Of a DNA stretch of 64,000 nt, positions 62,476 to 64,000 are shown one piece after another. The DNA lies in NCBI RefSeq assembly GCF_913775725.1, contig NZ_CAJYNG010000014.1. The stretch is one strand, 5' to 3'. Source of the DNA: an uncultured Stenotrophomonas sp. Its GTDB lineage: Bacteria > Pseudomonadota > Gammaproteobacteria > Xanthomonadales > Xanthomonadaceae. Made by a program: the position numbers and the translations under genes. Position 1 is the first letter of the stretch, and every line of letters starts with the position of its first letter. The notes under the pieces were generated by a model. The model was not told the origin of the DNA. It was given only the letters and a program-made list of their open reading frames with translations, and made no database searches.

Positions 62476-63030
62476 ATGCTCAACGACATCAAGAACAACG
62501 CGCAGACGCGCATGGCCAAGAGCATCGACGCTCTTAAGCACACCCTCACCTCGATCCGCACCGGCCGCGCCACGCCGGCCCTGCTGGACCGGGTCACGGT
62601 CAATGCCTACGGCAACGCCAGCACCCCGCTGAACCAGGTCGCGTCGATCTCCAACGCCGACGCCCACTCGCTGCTGGTCACGCCGTTCGACAAGAGCATG
62701 ATCAAGGAGATCGAGAAGGGTCTCTACAACGCCGAGTTCACCCCGAACACGCTGGGCACCGCGATCCGCATCAACATGCCGCCGCCGACCGAAGAGCGCC
62801 GCAAGGAGCTGGCCAAGCAGGTGCAGAAGGAAGGTGAAGGCGCCAAGATCGCGATCCGCAACATCCGTCAGGACGCGAACAAGGAAATCGCCAAGCTGGA
62901 CAAGGACAAGGCGATCAGCGAAGACGAGAAGAAGCGCGGCGAAGACGACATCCAGAAACTGACCGACGCCAATATCAAGGACGTCGACAAGGTCGTCGCC
63001 GACAAGGAAAAAGAACTGCTGTCGGTCTGA
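62476..63030 (+). CDS. frr: ribosome recycling factor
   Basis: 184 aa. LKHTLTSIRTGRATPALLD, ITPFD and IAIRNIRQDANK are canonical RRF blocks. Confidence 0.96.
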   Translation: MLNDIKNNAQTRMAKSIDALKHTLTSIRTGRATPALLDRVTVNAYGNASTPLNQVASISNADAHSLLVTPFDKSMIKEIEKGLYNAEFTPNTLGTAIRINMPPPTEERRKELAKQVQKEGEGAKIAIRNIRQDANKEIAKLDKDKAISEDEKKRGEDDIQKLTDANIKDVDKVVADKEKELLSV

Positions 63031-63035
63031 AGTCG

Positions 63036-63803
63036 ATGCCTTCAGTCCCGCCTCCGTTGCCGGCCGCCCTGCCCCGCCACATTGCCATCATCATGGATGG
63101 CAATGGGCGCTGGGCACAGCAGCGCCGTCGTCCGCGCGTAATCGGCCATCGTGCCGGCGCGCGTGCGGTCAACCGCACCATCGAGCGCTGCCTTGAGCTG
63201 GGCATTCCGGCGCTGACCCTGTTCGCGTTCTCAAGCGAGAACTGGGGTCGGCCGCAGGAAGAAGTCGACGCCCTGATGAAGCTGTTCCTCGGCGCGCTCG
63301 ACCGCGAAGTGGATGAGCTGCATCGACGTGGCGTGCGCGTGCGCTTCATCGGCGAACGCGAACGCTTCGGCGCCGGTCTGGTCAGCCGCATGCAGCTGGC
63401 CGAACAGCGCACCGCCGACAACACCACCCTGACCCTGTCGATTGCCGCCAGCTACGGTGGCCGCCAGGACATCGCCCGCGCCGCGCGCGCCCTGGCAGCT
63501 GAAGTCGCCGCCGGCCGCCTGCTGCCCGAACAGATCGACGAATCGCTGCTGGGCCGCCAGGTTGCCCTGGCTGACCTGCCGCCACCGGACCTGTTCATCC
63601 GCACCGGTGGCGATACCCGCATCAGCAACTTCCTGCTGTGGCAGCTGGCGTACACCGAGCTGTGGTTCACCGAGGCCCTGTGGCCGGACTTCGATACCGC
63701 GCTGCTGCAGCAGGCGCTGGACGCCTATGGCGGCCGTGAACGTCGTTTCGGTCTGACCAGCGCCCAGATTGCCGCACTGGCCACCGAGACCTCCAGCCCA
63801 TGA
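63036..63803 (+). CDS. uppS: ditrans,polycis-undecaprenyl-diphosphate synthase
   Basis: HIAIIMDGNGRWA, TLFAFSSENWGRP and IRTGGDTRISNFLLWQLAYTELWF are canonical UppS blocks. Confidence 0.95.
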   Translation: MPSVPPPLPAALPRHIAIIMDGNGRWAQQRRRPRVIGHRAGARAVNRTIERCLELGIPALTLFAFSSENWGRPQEEVDALMKLFLGALDREVDELHRRGVRVRFIGERERFGAGLVSRMQLAEQRTADNTTLTLSIAASYGGRQDIARAARALAAEVAAGRLLPEQIDESLLGRQVALADLPPPDLFIRTGGDTRISNFLLWQLAYTELWFTEALWPDFDTALLQQALDAYGGRERRFGLTSAQIAALATETSSP

Positions 63804-64000
63804 CCAAGACCCGAGTCCTCGCCGCGCTGATCATGGCGCCGGTCGCCATTGCCGCGATCCTGCTGCTGCCGACCCAATGGCTGGCAGCGGCGGCCGCTGC
63901 CGTGCTGCTGATCGGCCTGTGGGAGTGGCTGAAGCTGGCCGGCATCGAAGACACACTGGCGCGCACCGTGCTGCTGGTGCTGAACCTGCTGCTGATGGTG
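63800..64000 (+). CDS. cdsA: phosphatidate cytidylyltransferase, 5' part (truncated by window end)
   Basis: ATG 63800 overlaps the uppS stop (ATGA). The N-terminus is hydrophobic (MTKTRVLAALIMAPVAIAAILLL...WEWLKL). The uppS-cdsA order is conserved. Confidence 0.75.
   Translation, partial: MTKTRVLAALIMAPVAIAAILLLPTQWLAAAAAAVLLIGLWEWLKLAGIEDTLARTVLLVLNLLLMV

Overview
GC-rich gamma-proteobacterial chromosome. Gene order and repeat content look like Stenotrophomonas maltophilia or a close Xanthomonadaceae relative: dense GTAG-flanked palindromic (SMAG-type) repeats, an emrRCAB-like operon, a macAB plus outer-membrane factor operon, and two pstS paralogues. All calls come from reading the ORF track and DNA by eye, with motif recognition and hand alignment from memory. 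No searches or folding programs were run, and hand-counted hairpin and repeat coordinates may be off by 1-3 nt.

Gene content in order:
- nth
- a Pho-box-preceded porin
- pstS, pstS, pstC, pstA, pstB, phoU
- a four-gene peptide-modification operon (Cys-motif precursor, DUF692/MNIO enzyme, DUF2063 partner, DoxX membrane protein)
- rnt
- a response regulator, histidine kinase and propeller-GGDEF block, divergent from macA, macB and an outer-membrane factor
- rlmB, a GFA-family gene and rnr
- three tRNA-Leu(CAG) cassettes bracketing a TauE/LysR pair
- emrRCAB-like efflux operon and an AraC regulator
- parC, a Bfr-family ferritin and a penicillin-acylase-family protein
- asnB and a Sel1-repeat lipoprotein
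- map, glnD, dapD, an unassigned orf, an arsC-family gene and dapE (one minus-strand string)
- a Csu/SCPU-type chaperone-usher pilus cluster
- rpsB, tsf, an HDOD-GGDEF gene, pyrH, frr, uppS and a partial cdsA

No CRISPR array, IS element, integrase or prophage genes were seen.

Most interesting findings:
1. 9090-11618: an HvfA/bufferin-like RiPP metallophore operon. Its Sec-exported precursor carries four EGKCG motifs.
2. 43469-43805: an apparent ribosome-mediated attenuator upstream of asnB. It has a 33-codon leader with 8 Asn codons, alternative antiterminator and terminator pairings, and a U7 tract. I do not know this as a described attenuator class.
3. Two copies of a roughly 100-nt long-hairpin element. 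The core is conserved while the outer stem differs completely in sequence yet still pairs in both copies, and the inner hairpin shows one GC/CG pair swap.
4. An orphan mini-subunit plus second chaperone appended to the pilus cluster.
5. Lys/Ala/Pro-rich N-terminal tails on DapD and RNase R.
6. A 14-Ser insertion in MacA.
7. GTAG repeat elements that supply stop codons and C-terminal residues to two genes.
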